DNA of 64,000 bases from Phoronis australis (lineage: Eukaryota > Animalia > Phoronida): positions 62,001 to 126,000 of the forward strand of contig NMRA01000110.1 of NCBI GenBank assembly GCA_002633005.1. The letters run 5' to 3'. Below the pieces are notes generated by a model. It was not told the DNA's origin. It did no database searches and saw only the letters and a list, made by a program, of their open reading frames with translations. The translations under genes were made by a program, and so were the position numbers. Shown one piece after another: positions 26,168 to 37,990 of the stretch (position 1 is its first letter; each line of letters starts with the position of its first letter).

Positions 26168-26420
26168 GCATGCGCGCACCAAGCCTAAAAATGGGGGGCT
26201 CGAGATTTTGAGAATGTGGACATTTATAAAGATTCACGTGGTACTTCAGTGCTACAAATTGTGCGTTCGCTGAATTTTGGTAGTTCCTGTCGTTTTAGTA
26301 AACTTTTGTCTCGTTTTCTACTGTTTCGGAGTTTTTGTTTCTCTGAGGCTGACCTTTTTACCCACCTTACTAAATGGGGGAGACTCGTTGAAGCCTCCGA
26401 GCCCCCCACCCCTGAGTGAG
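26168..26420 (-). repeat. Inverted copy of the 18040-18321 dispersed repeat
   Basis: The reverse complement shares gcctcagagaaacaaaaa...gaaaacgagacaaaa and the terminal segment. Confidence 0.65.
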
Positions 26421-26815
26421 TGCATGACAAGAGCTCTGTTTTTTTCACAAAAACTTAAAAAAATATCAGCAATGAGACTTCTCTCGCACTCAATGTTGAT
26501 ACGTGTGTTTGCAATAGCCTTAGACCAGGTAATATCTGAAAATTCCAGCTCAGAAATTTGAGCAGAACCTGACACATGGATCATTGAATGCTGCACGGGG
26601 CAGACATCTTGCCAGTCTATTGTGAACTCGCACACTCGTTCAATAATTCATGGTTTCAGCAGAGTCCTAGCTGTCCCAAAACTGTTCTTTGCTAAACACA
26701 AAATGATTTGAACAGGAATGTGCCAAGAATTGTTTCAGTACGATGACACTCGTGGCTCTTGCACACCCATCCAAGAATTGATACTATCCAATGATGTCAG
26801 TAGCAGTAAACAAGC

Positions 26816-27068
26816 TGGGCAATGACCATCGCCTCTGTTGGCCCGAAGCAGAGGCGATGCAGCTCCTATAGGCGCTCTGTACGCCGGAAGCTTTTCGGCG
26901 AATTATGCCTCGCACCGACTAAACCATCAAAGTCACGTTGATATAAATAAATTTTGCGCTTAGAGGAACACCTTAGGAGGTTGTCGATGTGTTTAATTCG
27001 TTCCAATTCGAACAAATACTCCTGTTATCAAATTGGTTCGGGCCAACAGAGGCGATGGTCATTGCCTA
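26816..27068. mobile_element. MITE with 9-bp TSD (Mutator-like)
   Basis: 30-bp perfect TIR GGCAATGACCATCGCCTCTGTTGGCCCGAA; TAAACAAGC at both 26807-26815 and 27069-27077. Confidence 0.85.
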
Positions 27069-27532
27069 TAAACAAGCAAGCTAAGCTGGCACGATAACAT
27101 CAGCTGCTGTCCTGTGATGAATCTTTCTTTGCCAAACAGACGACTTTTGAAGGGGAAAGGTCTGGACACAACATTTTTCTGGCAGTTGATTGGTTGTTTG
27201 AATCATTTTGCACTGACACCTGGTGACTAACACATTAGTTGAGGTTATATTTTTTCCAACATTTAAATTAAAATTCTAACTAAACGTGCGAGTGTATTCT
27301 TGGGAACTTTTTTGAAATTGACTTTTGAACATCTGTAGATGGGTTTAATGCAAAGTTCCTGTTGCCCCCAGAAATTGGCCACGGAGGTGAAAGATAGGAG
27401 AGATGGGACTATAGGCGATTAGCCTACAGAGCTCTTGCAATATTTGACTACACTTACCGTACCTAGGTAAACCATCGATCAAAACACTGTCAGTAAAAGT
27501 CTCTCCATTGCGGAAGCGATGAATTTTCAAAA

Positions 27533-29676
27533 CGAGAGCGCTCGGAGGAGCGACACTTCGCGAAATTACACGAAAACAGGACGATGGGAAGGACGACGAC
27601 GACGACGACCATGACGACTAGCGACAAATGAAAAAAATCTCATGAAAGCCCGTTTAAAACTCTATCGAGCAGATTTCTGATCGGTTGATATACATGGCAA
27701 GAAAATCCCGGGACACAAAACTGTTTGCAAAAACGCCAAATTTGACAATTTTCTCCCCGAAATAAGCATTTCCTTGCAAGTGCTAGAAAAAATCTGACTA
27801 CAAATTCAGAATGCTCGTCCTCTCTAGATTCTAACTATATGGTCATAGTAAGCCTCTTACCAGCTAGGTTTTAAGCAAATTTGACCTATATGACAGCCAC
27901 CTGAAATCGCACCCGGTTTCTCGAACAACAGACGACAGATAGCAAATAACAACCACCAGTTTGTATCAAAAGTAGATAAAACTTGGCTTTTCTCATTCAA
28001 AAATACAAGTAAATAAGTTTCCTGGCAATTGTTGTCAACAATTTCCTCAAACCAACCGCCAAACCTGACACACGCCCTCAACATAAATTCTAGGGACTAG
28101 AAAATGCTCCGTGGCCGCGCCCTGACTGTTCAGTGCTACCTACAGACTTGAGCGACAATAGGCATCATCATAACATTCATATGACGAACTTAGATGTCAT
28201 AAATTAGTAAGAAATGAGCTGCAGTCTTGTTCAAATAAACTAAACCAACATCAATGCAGTAAGAGCGCTCAACAAAGGAACAGCGCTATCAGTAAATCTC
28301 AAATAATTCAAAGAGTAGACGTCCTAGTGAAAAATGGAAAACATCTTCTGAAAGACCCCGGTTCAAACTCTATCTAAATTGATAGCTTCGCAACATTCCA
28401 TAATTTTTTTGAAAAAATGAAATGTTGCGCTCTTTTGAAATTCAACTCGAAAACGGTAAGTCTGAGAAAAACGTTATCCCAGAACTTTTGGAAGAGCATA
28501 CTTCAAGGAATCCACATGCAAAAATTCACGTCATTTGCTCTTCCCGTTAAAATGCAACCTTAGAACGATTGAAAACGGGTGAAAATGCGCCAGAGCCGCC
28601 ATATTTTGAAAGTGACTTCCTGTTAAACAAAATTTTATAAAAGCCAATCAATAGCAACAAACACGTGACCAGTTTGAAAATGATTGGTTCTTCAATGCGC
28701 ACTCCACAGGAAAAAAGTTTTTGGCCAGTTATCGAGGTGCGCATGCGCCATTGCCGATATTTCCGCCTTCTTTGACCGGAAGTTAAAGATTTACGGCGCA
28801 GTTGTAGTGCTTGTGTGCTATAATAATCGTACAAATTTTCAGCCCTGCACGTCGAAAAATGCGGCTTCTATGAGCAATGTCTTCATGGTCTTGTTCAATA
28901 GAAGCTAAACCAACATCAATGCAGCAACAGCTGTCAACAAAGGAACAGCGCTATCAGTCTTCTGAAAGCCCGTCCAAAACTCTATCTAAATTGATATTTT
29001 AGCAACATTCCATAAATTTTTCGAAAAAATTGAAATTTTGCGTTTTTTTGAAATTCAAAGACAAATAACTCGAAAACGGCAAGTCTGAGAAAAACGTTAT
29101 CGTGAAACTTTTGTAAGAGCATACTTTAAGAAATCAACATGCAAAAATTCACGTCATTTGCTCTTCCCATAAAAATGCAACAGCAGAACGATTGAAAACG
29201 GGTGAAAATGCGCGAGAGCCGCCATCTTGAAAGTGACTTCCATTTAAAAAAAAATTCTAAAAGCCGATTAATAGCAACAAACACGTGATTGGTTCGCTGA
29301 TGCGCCCTCTACAGGAGAAAACGTTTTCAGCCAGATATTGAGGTGAGCATGCGTCACTTCCTATAGTTCCGCCATCTTTGACCGGAAGTCAACGATTTTC
29401 AGTACAGTTGTAGCACATGTAATCTATAATAATCGTAACACATTTCAGCCCTGTACGTTGAAAAATGCGGCCTCTATGAGCATATGACTCTGAAATCGAA
29501 AACGTCCGATCATGACCAAAAACAATAGGCTTCTAGGACTTTCCGATCTACACGTCGTTTGCAAATTTCGTGAGAATCGGACAAAATTTCGACCTATACA
29601 GTACGAATTAAAAAATTTGACGACAGAGCAACACACTTGTCGGAATTCGAAGGAATTCGAAGAATTCCGCCAACTA
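27533..29676 (-). mobile_element. HINE/DINE-1-like element, family A, copy 2, with internal tandem duplication
   Basis: Inverted pair TTGTCGGAATTC/GAATTCCGCCAA at 29637-29673; the same cgctcggaggagcg stem-loop and (GAC)n near 27540-27620; the internal unit starts at 28241 and again at 28907. Confidence 0.7.
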
Positions 29677-29755
29677 ATTACCAGGTACATGTACGCACGA
29701 CTGTACTACATTACTTATTATTCATTCATGATTTTCTCTCAGTGTACTCTGCAAC

Positions 29756-29875
29756 ATGGCTGTCGAGCTAAAGTCTATAAAGACTGATGTGACAGAAAGC
29801 AACGAAAAATTGGACAACTCGGAAAATGGTGGCGAGGTCAACCCAGCCTTCGACGCAGATGTCGACACTAAGCCG
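29756..29875 (+). CDS. Probable first coding exon of a host gene (MAVELKSIKTDVTESNEKLDNSENGGEVNPAFDADVDTKP)
   Basis: ttttctctcag acceptor ending 29742, Kozak caacATGG, 40 open codons, CCG|gtaaga phase-0 donor. An acidic N-terminus with NPAF is common in membrane transporters (inference). Too short for the ORF track. Confidence 0.6.
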
Positions 29876-30569
29876 GTAAGACAATAACATTATAACCATC
29901 AGCTTGTTTAAAACCTGGAATGCAAAATTCAGTTGCAAAAATGAAACGTTAATGAAATGTATTACAGTAAACGTTTTCACTACAGTGTATCTTTTTGCTT
30001 GGAAAAGACAAATCAATTGGTTTGGTTCTGTGGTCGCTTGGGAATGAGGATAAATCGAGTTGCTGAGGTCATTTTTCAAAAACATTTATTTCTCGGTACG
30101 TTTATTGTGAAAGTCAAATGAAACAAGTACCGCTGCCTCGCCTGGTTTCTCAACCAAAACAATGCATTTCAATGCAGCCGGGGCCCGACATCACTACCAG
30201 CTCAGTTCTATTCATTGAGGGTAATCAGGAAGTAGAAGTCACCCAGGCAGAACCCCGATACAGGGCGGCTCTGCTCTGTTATTCGCCCTTTAGCCAATCA
30301 GGAGACGGACGTTTCAGTGGTCGTGTAATTAATTCCTTAGTGAGCACACTACAATTAGAACAGGGTTTTGGCTGCCGACACACACCCAAGTGGAGACGAG
30401 TCCTTATCTCACGTCCTTATCAAGAGTAATGAAAAAAAAGTTTTTCGGCCTTCCCAACTCAAAAGCACTACTCATGATAACTGAAACTTATTTCTGCTAC
30501 AGATTTTTAATCAGCTAATTCACATCGGGGAAAAAATACCAGCACACAACAATACGACCAAAAAACACC

Positions 30570-30960
30570 GAATTTGATCGTTTTCTCCACCAATTTACTA
30601 CTGCCCTGCAACTAGGAAAAATCTGATAACAGGTTCAGAATTCTCGTTCTATCTAAATTCTAAAAATGTGGTCATAGTACGCCCCTTACCAGCTACATTT
30701 TTGGCAATTTGGATCTGTCTGACAGCCACCTGAAATCGCACCCGTTTTCTGTCAGCAGACGACAGGGGTTGAAAGCAAGCACCATTTTGCAGGGAAAGTG
30801 AGTCACGGCTCAAAAACACAAGCAAATCACTTTCAGGGCAATTGTTTTCAACAACTTCCCCAAACCTCCCGCCAAACTTGACACACGCCCTGTATTTAAA
30901 TTCTAGGGACTAGAAAATGCAAAATGCCCTGTGGCTACAGCCTAACTGTTCAATGCCACC
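30570..30960. repeat. Partial copy of family A internal sequence (cf. 27745-28140)
   Basis: Shared tgacagccacctgaaatcgcaccc and aaattctagggactagaaaatgc blocks. Confidence 0.75.
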
Positions 30961-31673
30961 TTAGCCTCGAGATGTCAAATGACAACCTTAGTACGAATAA
31001 ACCAGCCTGCGGTGATATTCCAGAACAGCCGTATACGCATATTTCCAACAACGAGAACACTAGTTTCACTTCTTATATATAAAAAGGTACAAAGTGCGTC
31101 CACTTTATATTGGTAAGCGGCCTCGTGTTTGAAAAATTAGGAAGTTTGTTATGGAAGCTTTCCAGAGGCGGGCGCANGCACAAACCAATTTGACTTCGCC
31201 AACCTATCCCCTCGCTATCGCCACCCCCCACCCGTTCTCTAGATATGACATCATATTTGTACCGAGCCCCCCCACGTCCGCCACAGGTGGGGGTAATACC
31301 GGGGATGCAGCCATCAGGTAATCGTAACTGAGTAACCGTGAACCAACAAAGTTTCACGGAGAGTACTGACGGGTAGCTGGAAGCTGCCTGAGGTAACAAT
31401 AGTTGGAATCCAACAGTGTATTCGCACCTATTCCTCTGCTCTGGGTCGAAGGTCAAGGTTTGTTTTCTTATCCAGTTACGGGAAAACTTCATTTATGGCC
31501 AGTCTTTTAAGATTTTTTTTGGAAAGGTGAGGTTTCCAAGGTGCCTGGTATGAGTGCCTTTGTGGGCAAAAAGGTCCGCCTCAAAGAAACAAAATGTCCA
31601 AGAAAATCTACACAAAAGTCCACTAGAAAGTTTTGCATGATCCATAGCCCTGAACGAACCCCGTTTTCCGTTT

Positions 31674-33244
31674 TTATGCGCCCACATATTTATATGTGGA
31701 CGCATTATGCCGTCATCTCCGTCCGTGCGTCCGTGCGTCTGTCCATCCGTCCGTCCGTCCGTCCGGGCGGCGTCCGGCGTCCGGCGTCCGGCGTCCGCTG
31801 CTCTATCTCCAAAACCATTTGACATACGTTAATGAAATTGGGCACATATGTTCCATTCATGAATGGGACGGCATGTGCGAACTTTCGGACAAATTCGACT
31901 ACCGGTGTGCCCCCTAGTGGCAATTTTAGTTTTTTACGCTTACCTTTGTATCTTCAAAAGTCCTGAACGGATTTTCATGAAATTTGGTATGTAGGCACCT
32001 ATTAGTGAGATGACGCTATCCTGCCGTTTTCAGATGGATTCGACATAGTTTGCGCCACCTAGTGGCCATGTTTAGTGTTTTCGAGTCTGTTTTTGTGCGT
32101 CCACCCCTCTATCAACCAAACGGCTCAAAGGATGATTGTGAAAATTGGCATGTATATGCTTACTATGTAGAGGATGGTTGACGATGATTTTCCGACGATT
32201 TCGACTACTGTGGCGCCTCCTAGTGGCAGTTTTGTTTTTTTGCGCCTATGGCTGTATCTCCTAAACCGTTCGCAGGATCTTTACAAATTGTGTAAGTATA
32301 TTTATATGATGTTAACAACGGAAGATGACGACTTTTGGTCGGATCCGACTACCGGTGTGCCCCCTAGTGGCAATTTTAGTTTTTTACGCTTACCTTTGTA
32401 TCTTCAAAAGTATTGAACGGATTTTCATGAAATTTGGTATGTAGGCACCTATTAGTGAGATGACGCTATCCTACTGTTTTCAGATGGATTCGACGTAGTT
32501 TGCGCCACCTAGTGGCCATTTTTACTGTTTTCGAGTCTGTATTTTTGCGTCCACCCCTCTATCAACCAAACCGCTCAAAGGATGATTGTGAAAATTGGTG
32601 TGTATGTGCTTACTATAAGGAAGACAGCTGACAATGATTTTCAGACGATTTGGACTTCTGTGGCGCCTCCTAGTGGCAGTTTTGTTTTTTTGCACCCATG
32701 GCTGTATCTCCCAAACCGTTTGCAGGATCTTTACTAAATTTAGCAAGTGTATTTATGTGATGTTGACAACGGACGATGACGACTTTAGGATGATTCTGAC
32801 TACCGGTATGTCTCTAGTGGCAATTTTAGTATTTGCCTCTAGTGGCAATTTTAGTATTTTACATTGACCTCTGTATTTTCATAGGTCTTCAGGTGTATAC
32901 TTTGTGTTACTTCGTGACTATGAAGGAAAAGTTCCAAGTAGAAATTTGTTTCTGGCATTCTAGTGCTGTGCTGATCTCGTATGTTGGTAAATTTGTTTTT
33001 AATTATATGTTTCTGTGGTGCTTTAAGCAACTGGTGTATAGGATGTGCTTGTATTAGGAAGATTACTCACATTTTGCCCCTAGCCTATTGAGGAGACAAT
33101 GACCATGCCTTTCCATTTTGCTAAGTACAACATACTACATATATGCCCTCTACTGGCCACTTTATGGTACCAATAAACAACCCTAGAAGGATACCGTATG
33201 CGGTGCAATTGTGGGCGCATTTCAACGCTCTGCGTTGCTCTTGT
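31674..33244 (+). mobile_element. HINE/DINE-1-like Helentron derivative, family B, with central satellite array
   Basis: 5' subTIR ATGCGCCCACA plus inverted TGTGGACGCAT; (GTCC)n microsatellite; ~150-bp tandem monomers; 3' subTIR TGTGGGCGCAT (33210-33220) and stem-loop caacgc-tct-gcgttg; T-rich flanks. Confidence 0.85.
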
Positions 33245-33474
33245 TTCTTGTTTTTTAGTTTGTAAAAGGTCCACATCCTCAAAAATGCTAGGCTGGGTGC
33301 GCACATGCTGTATGTGTAGTTTGCACGGGAAATGCAAGCAAACGAGTCAGTTTTGAAGAACAAAAACTCATTGTTCAATACTACCGGAAACTAAAAACAT
33401 CACAGAACTGCAAAGAGAATCTTTCCAAGTTGATGACCAATGAGTTAGATTTTATTTATTTAAGTATCTAAACG

Positions 33475-33630
33475 CAGTGCTGTAGTGGTAAAATTAGAGG
33501 TAAGTAGGCGCCCAGAGCCCACCGTATCAGCTTGAGCACTGAACGTAACTTACGGTGCGTAGGCGCTACGTTCTAATGCCAAAAGGTGGTTAGCTGCGCC
33601 TACGTGCGCCTTCGTCCCACTTCAGCACTG
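33475..33630. mobile_element. hAT-type MITE
   Basis: TIR CAGTGCTGTAGTGG / CCACTTCAGCACTG; 8-bp flanks tctaaacg / tttaaacg. Confidence 0.75.
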
Positions 33631-33833
33631 TTTAAACGTCTTTTTCCATCTACGATTTGTAGCCTTTAGCCCAGTTATCTAGTTCCTAAGCCAATAAACA
33701 ATTTATTGTCATTTGAAATGTGAGAGGATTTTGGGACACTTTGTCGAAATGTACGAAATTCATCAATACCCTTGAGACTTATTTCAGATAGACAAATCAA
33801 ATCGTTTAGCGCATTTTTATATTTGGGGATCTG

Positions 33834-33978
33834 GGCCCAGTTGCATAAACGTTATACGCCGTATAGCAACACTTATGTCCCATTATCAGGCGTTACGTTG
33901 TTATTGTTGAGCAATCCACTTGACGTCAAGCAACAAATTTATCCGATGGATAAATTTGTAGCTTTATGCAACCCAGCC
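33834..33978. mobile_element. PIF/Harbinger-type MITE
   Basis: TIR GGCCCAGTTGCATAAA / TTTATGCAACCCAGCC; 3-bp CTG TSD. Confidence 0.7.
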
Positions 33979-35555
33979 CTGATGATAGATAGAATTTTCT
34001 CGGTGTCTACTTGCAACTAAGTTCACTGGAGCATTCTCATTTCAAAAAGATTAGTTTCTAATTGTCAAAAAATCATCCTTCAGTCAGTCCACTTTCATAC
34101 ATACATAAGCATGTAAATCAGAAACCAACAATCAACTATATTCCCTGAACTGCCATCACTTCTTATGATTAGCTTCTAATTGCCAAAATCATCTATAAAC
34201 CTGTCGGGTTTTCGTAAATACATAAGCATGTAAATCAGAAACCAACGAATTTTTAATCGAAACGGAAATCAATGTTTTAAACAATATCCGCAGCCATGCT
34301 CGTAGATTTTTGGCGGGTAACACGGGTAAAAATGGGAAACTAGACGTAATCAAGTACAACATTGGCCCTTTATCAGTGAGTGGACCCTTAAAAATTTGTA
34401 AATAAAACATAAAAAGAGTGGCCACTTGAATGTCATCAATGGCCTCCTTCAAGGGTGGGACACAGTGGCGGATCTAGGATATCACAAGTGGGGNATACAG
34501 GTTTCATGCAAGATGAGTAACATTTACTTTCTTATTTTATACTATTTTTCACGTTCCAAGCCACTTTAAGTGCTAAAGAACCCACGACTACCTCATACAT
34601 TCTAATACATAGTACTTGCAGATCCCAAGTGATCTATATATGCCTTAAAGTGATCCTGAAAAATAACACAATGTGAACACCATCCACCACAAAGGCTTCC
34701 AATAAACGAATATTCAACTTAGTGAAATTGTGTCATTAACATAATTTATGCATCTGGTTCTACCAACCTCAGAACACCAAAAGATAACTGATTGTTTGCA
34801 TGCAATTTACCATTTTATAGCAGACAGACAATTGATGTTCATATTGTCTTGACAGACCAGTTTTACCATGTCAGCTAAAATTATATTGAGCTCATCATTA
34901 CCTAGCAAAATGGTATAATTTCAAGTAAGATAAAATAAAAATTGGAATTGCTTATTAAGCTAAAAATAACGCTTTCTGACCAGTCACGCTTTGGCTGCAG
35001 AAATAACGCGTAACATATTGCCATTACTTCCCAACTTTTATAAGGACTGCAAAATTGAAAAAAATACATCAAAATATTTTACAATCACCACTGACTGAAA
35101 CGAGATGTCCCAATGTAATACTCGTATTATATTTATAGTAAGAATGCTCAATATAATTTTAACCAAAACCCACAGTCAGTGTCATGGGGCGCATTCAAAG
35201 ACGGTCCAGGGGTGCCAAATGCCCCTATTTTTGTAATGCGGCAGGGGAACAACATCAAAGGTGCCCCCTACATTTGCAAATTGTGGCCGTGACCCTGGAT
35301 ATGTTCCTGGCCACCAAATTGTCCATGGTAGTTTCTTGGCTACCAGGTGACACAGGTCTCCACTTTTCAAACCGCAGAATTGTTAGACTGAAATTGTGAC
35401 AGAAGTTAAGGGGAAAGTGGAGAGAAATGGGACAAATGTAAACAATGAGATTGAAACAACTGTTTGGTGCAGGTCTAACTACTGTGTACCACAGGCGCTT
35501 GAGTTTATCTGTTCCTCGATCACCACTGACGTCACTAACTACCGAGAAAACTTAA

Positions 35556-35710
35556 AGGTTGGACACTCAAAATCTGTTTGCTCGGAATTTTCTACTCAAA
35601 CGTGCATGGAATTCTACGGTATCTGCATCGAACAAATATTTGTGTACCTTCTTTCATTTTGTTGCGATAAGTGATTTTGTGTATGCAAAATCAGCATTTA
35701 GAGTAGAGCC
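35556..35710. mobile_element. TTAA-flanked MITE (Kolobok-like)
   Basis: TTAA|AGGTTGGACACTCAAAATCTG ... CAGCATTTAGAGTAGAGCCT|TTAA; imperfect TIR. Confidence 0.5.
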
Positions 35711-36234
35711 TTTAAGTTCTAAACTTGACGTTTAAAGAAGATGTAACAGACAAAGTATGTAGGTGAGCGCCATCTATTGGGAACTAAATAAACTATGTTT
35801 AAACTATCACTCAACACATTTGATCACTTCAAATTGCCTTCGAGTGCTGATTTGACGACAAAAATGACGAATAAAGGCCAAAATCACAAATTCAAGGACC
35901 TTATTGCGTGAAGTAAGACATTCATGGCAAACGACTTTCGAGCATCCGGGTTTTTGGTCGCGGGACGCTCCCGAAGCACTGAAATCCGGAGCTATATTTT
36001 CATGCGCCCACGAATGTTACATGTATTTGTGTACCCTCCACATAATTTAGCATCAGTTTGAATGTAGTTAGACTCTGGTTATGAAAAACAACGTTGTTTA
36101 TAATGGGACTATTCGGAGAATTCTTCTCGCGGTGTCGCTGCTGTACTAGTGGTGATTGAATTGCGCATGCGTCGCTTTCTACATGTAAACAGATGGTAAC
36201 AACGTCGAATTTTTGTAAAACTACGTCGTTTACT

Positions 36235-37862
36235 ATGCCGTACTATTGTTGTGTACAGGGGTGCAAATCATCGAAAGGCGGCCACAAGTTTCCAAAAGAC
36301 ACCAGATTACAGGAGGCTTGGAGAGTTTCAGTCAAAAGAGTCCAAGAAGGCACGAAAAATCTTTGGATGCCAAAGCCACATGACCGCGTTTGCTCCAAAC
36401 ATTTCCAAGACAGCGACTACATAAAGACATTACTTGGTAAGATTTTAGCAATTAGTTTTCAGTAACACCATCTACATCGTCCAAGAATATTATCGCTGCC
36501 AGTTTCTACAACTAAATGATTGGTTTTGTTCAGTGGAACCAACGGGATTCTTTTCATAAACTCATCCAGGGCTCAGATGGTAGGTTAGTGCCTTCTGCAT
36601 TAATTCGTATTGTGCTCCCAATACTACAGATGAAAAGGTAACGGGAACAGGCCAAGGGTCTCTTTTTCACAACAGTTACTCTACAACAAGATGCAATTCC
36701 CGACAATATTCTAGATGGGTCTCTATGTCCCCGACTTTCCAAAAAACAAGTAACCCCCTAGGAATAGCTGATTAATTACCAAATTAACATCAATGGACTT
36801 TTCGATACATTGGTAACGTTATTGACATTAAATTGGAATCAATATTGACCCTTTGAATGAATTTATTTGTTGGGAATGGATATATACTTTAGAAGGTGTC
36901 ATTAAAACTGCACATTCTGAATTCACGTTACCTTGTTCATAATTATTTTGGGAGACTGGAGGCTTTTGATTAGTTTCTACCCATGAACATGAAGACAAAA
37001 TATCAGTTATAAAATATTCATGAGTGCAGCAAACTTTTATTGAGACACAGAAGCACTGAATTGTTACTTGTGATTTATTTTGGTAATATTTCTCCAACGA
37101 TGAATTCAATTACAGGTGAGAGAAATCGACTTAAACAAGATGCAGTCCCATCTATTTTTCCTTTTCAAAAAGCAAAATCTCCTTCAGCAATATCCCGAGA
37201 TAACCGTACATCCCAAGGCTGATCTGTGTCTAACCATTGATGATTCTATATTCTTCGAAATGTTGCTATTGAAGATCAGATCCGAAACTATATTGTATTC
37301 TAAAAAGAAACAATCTGAAACACGGAAAAAAGTAAAGTTTCTTGAAAATCNTACACTAAATGGTATTCCAAGAGAATTCAATATAATTACAATTATTACA
37401 CTTAGATCTGAATAAATAATTTTTGCAGTATAATTCTATTTATAAATTTCGTCCTACTCCTATGTTCAACAGTGCCTAATATGTTATCTTCTAGGTGATA
37501 ACAGCCACTTCTAGTGTTGACAGAATGACTAGTGAAGATGAGGACACTGGTCCACCAAGAGACGAAGGTGTTCAGTGTGAAATCATCACATCTTCTACCG
37601 TTAAACAAAGCATTATGCTTCACACAAATGACCCAAATTCCATTAAATATTTGACCGGTTTTAATCACTTTCGCCATTTTATGCTATTTTTCAACTGTCT
37701 GGGTGAAGCAGCATACAACTTAAATGTGACATGTAGCAGTCTGTCTCCCGAAGACCAGTGTTTCCTAACGCTGATTAAGTTGCATCAGGCGTTTGATGAT
37801 TTTTATCTTTCGTTGTTATTTAAAGTTTCTGTGTCAACTGTTTCAGAAATAGTGAACACTAT
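36235..37862 (+). pseudogene. Spliced THAP + HTH transposase, truncated before the DDE domain
   Basis: Exon 36235-36436 encodes MPYYCCVQGC...HKFPKD...W...VCSKHF (THAP C2CH). The exon from 37116 encodes LKQDAVPSIF. Exon 37495-37862 encodes LSPEDQCFLTLIKL...LSLLFKVSVSTVSEI (Harbinger-type HTH). Confidence 0.85.
37210..37350 (+). pseudogene. L1/Tx1 ORF2 internal fragment
   Basis: ADLCLTIDDSIFFEMLLLKIRSETI versus ADLLLNIDDSLFFEMLLLNIRSQTI at ~54.3 kb. Ends at an N (37351). Confidence 0.8.
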
Positions 37863-37990
37863 AAAGGTTATCCGATTTATTGAGACCATTAAAGGTTATC
37901 CGATTTATTGAGACCATTAAAGGTTAACCGATTTATTGAGACCATTAAAGGTTATCCGATTTATTGAGACCATTAAAGGTTATCCGATTT
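37862..37990. repeat. 28-bp tandem repeat, about 4.5 copies
   Basis: taaaggttatccgatttattgagaccat units. Confidence 0.92.

Noticed and set aside
31493-31923. Overlapping Arg/Pro/Asp-rich ORFs
   Set aside because: They are translations of the (GTCC)n/(GGCGTCC)n microsatellite of the HINE.
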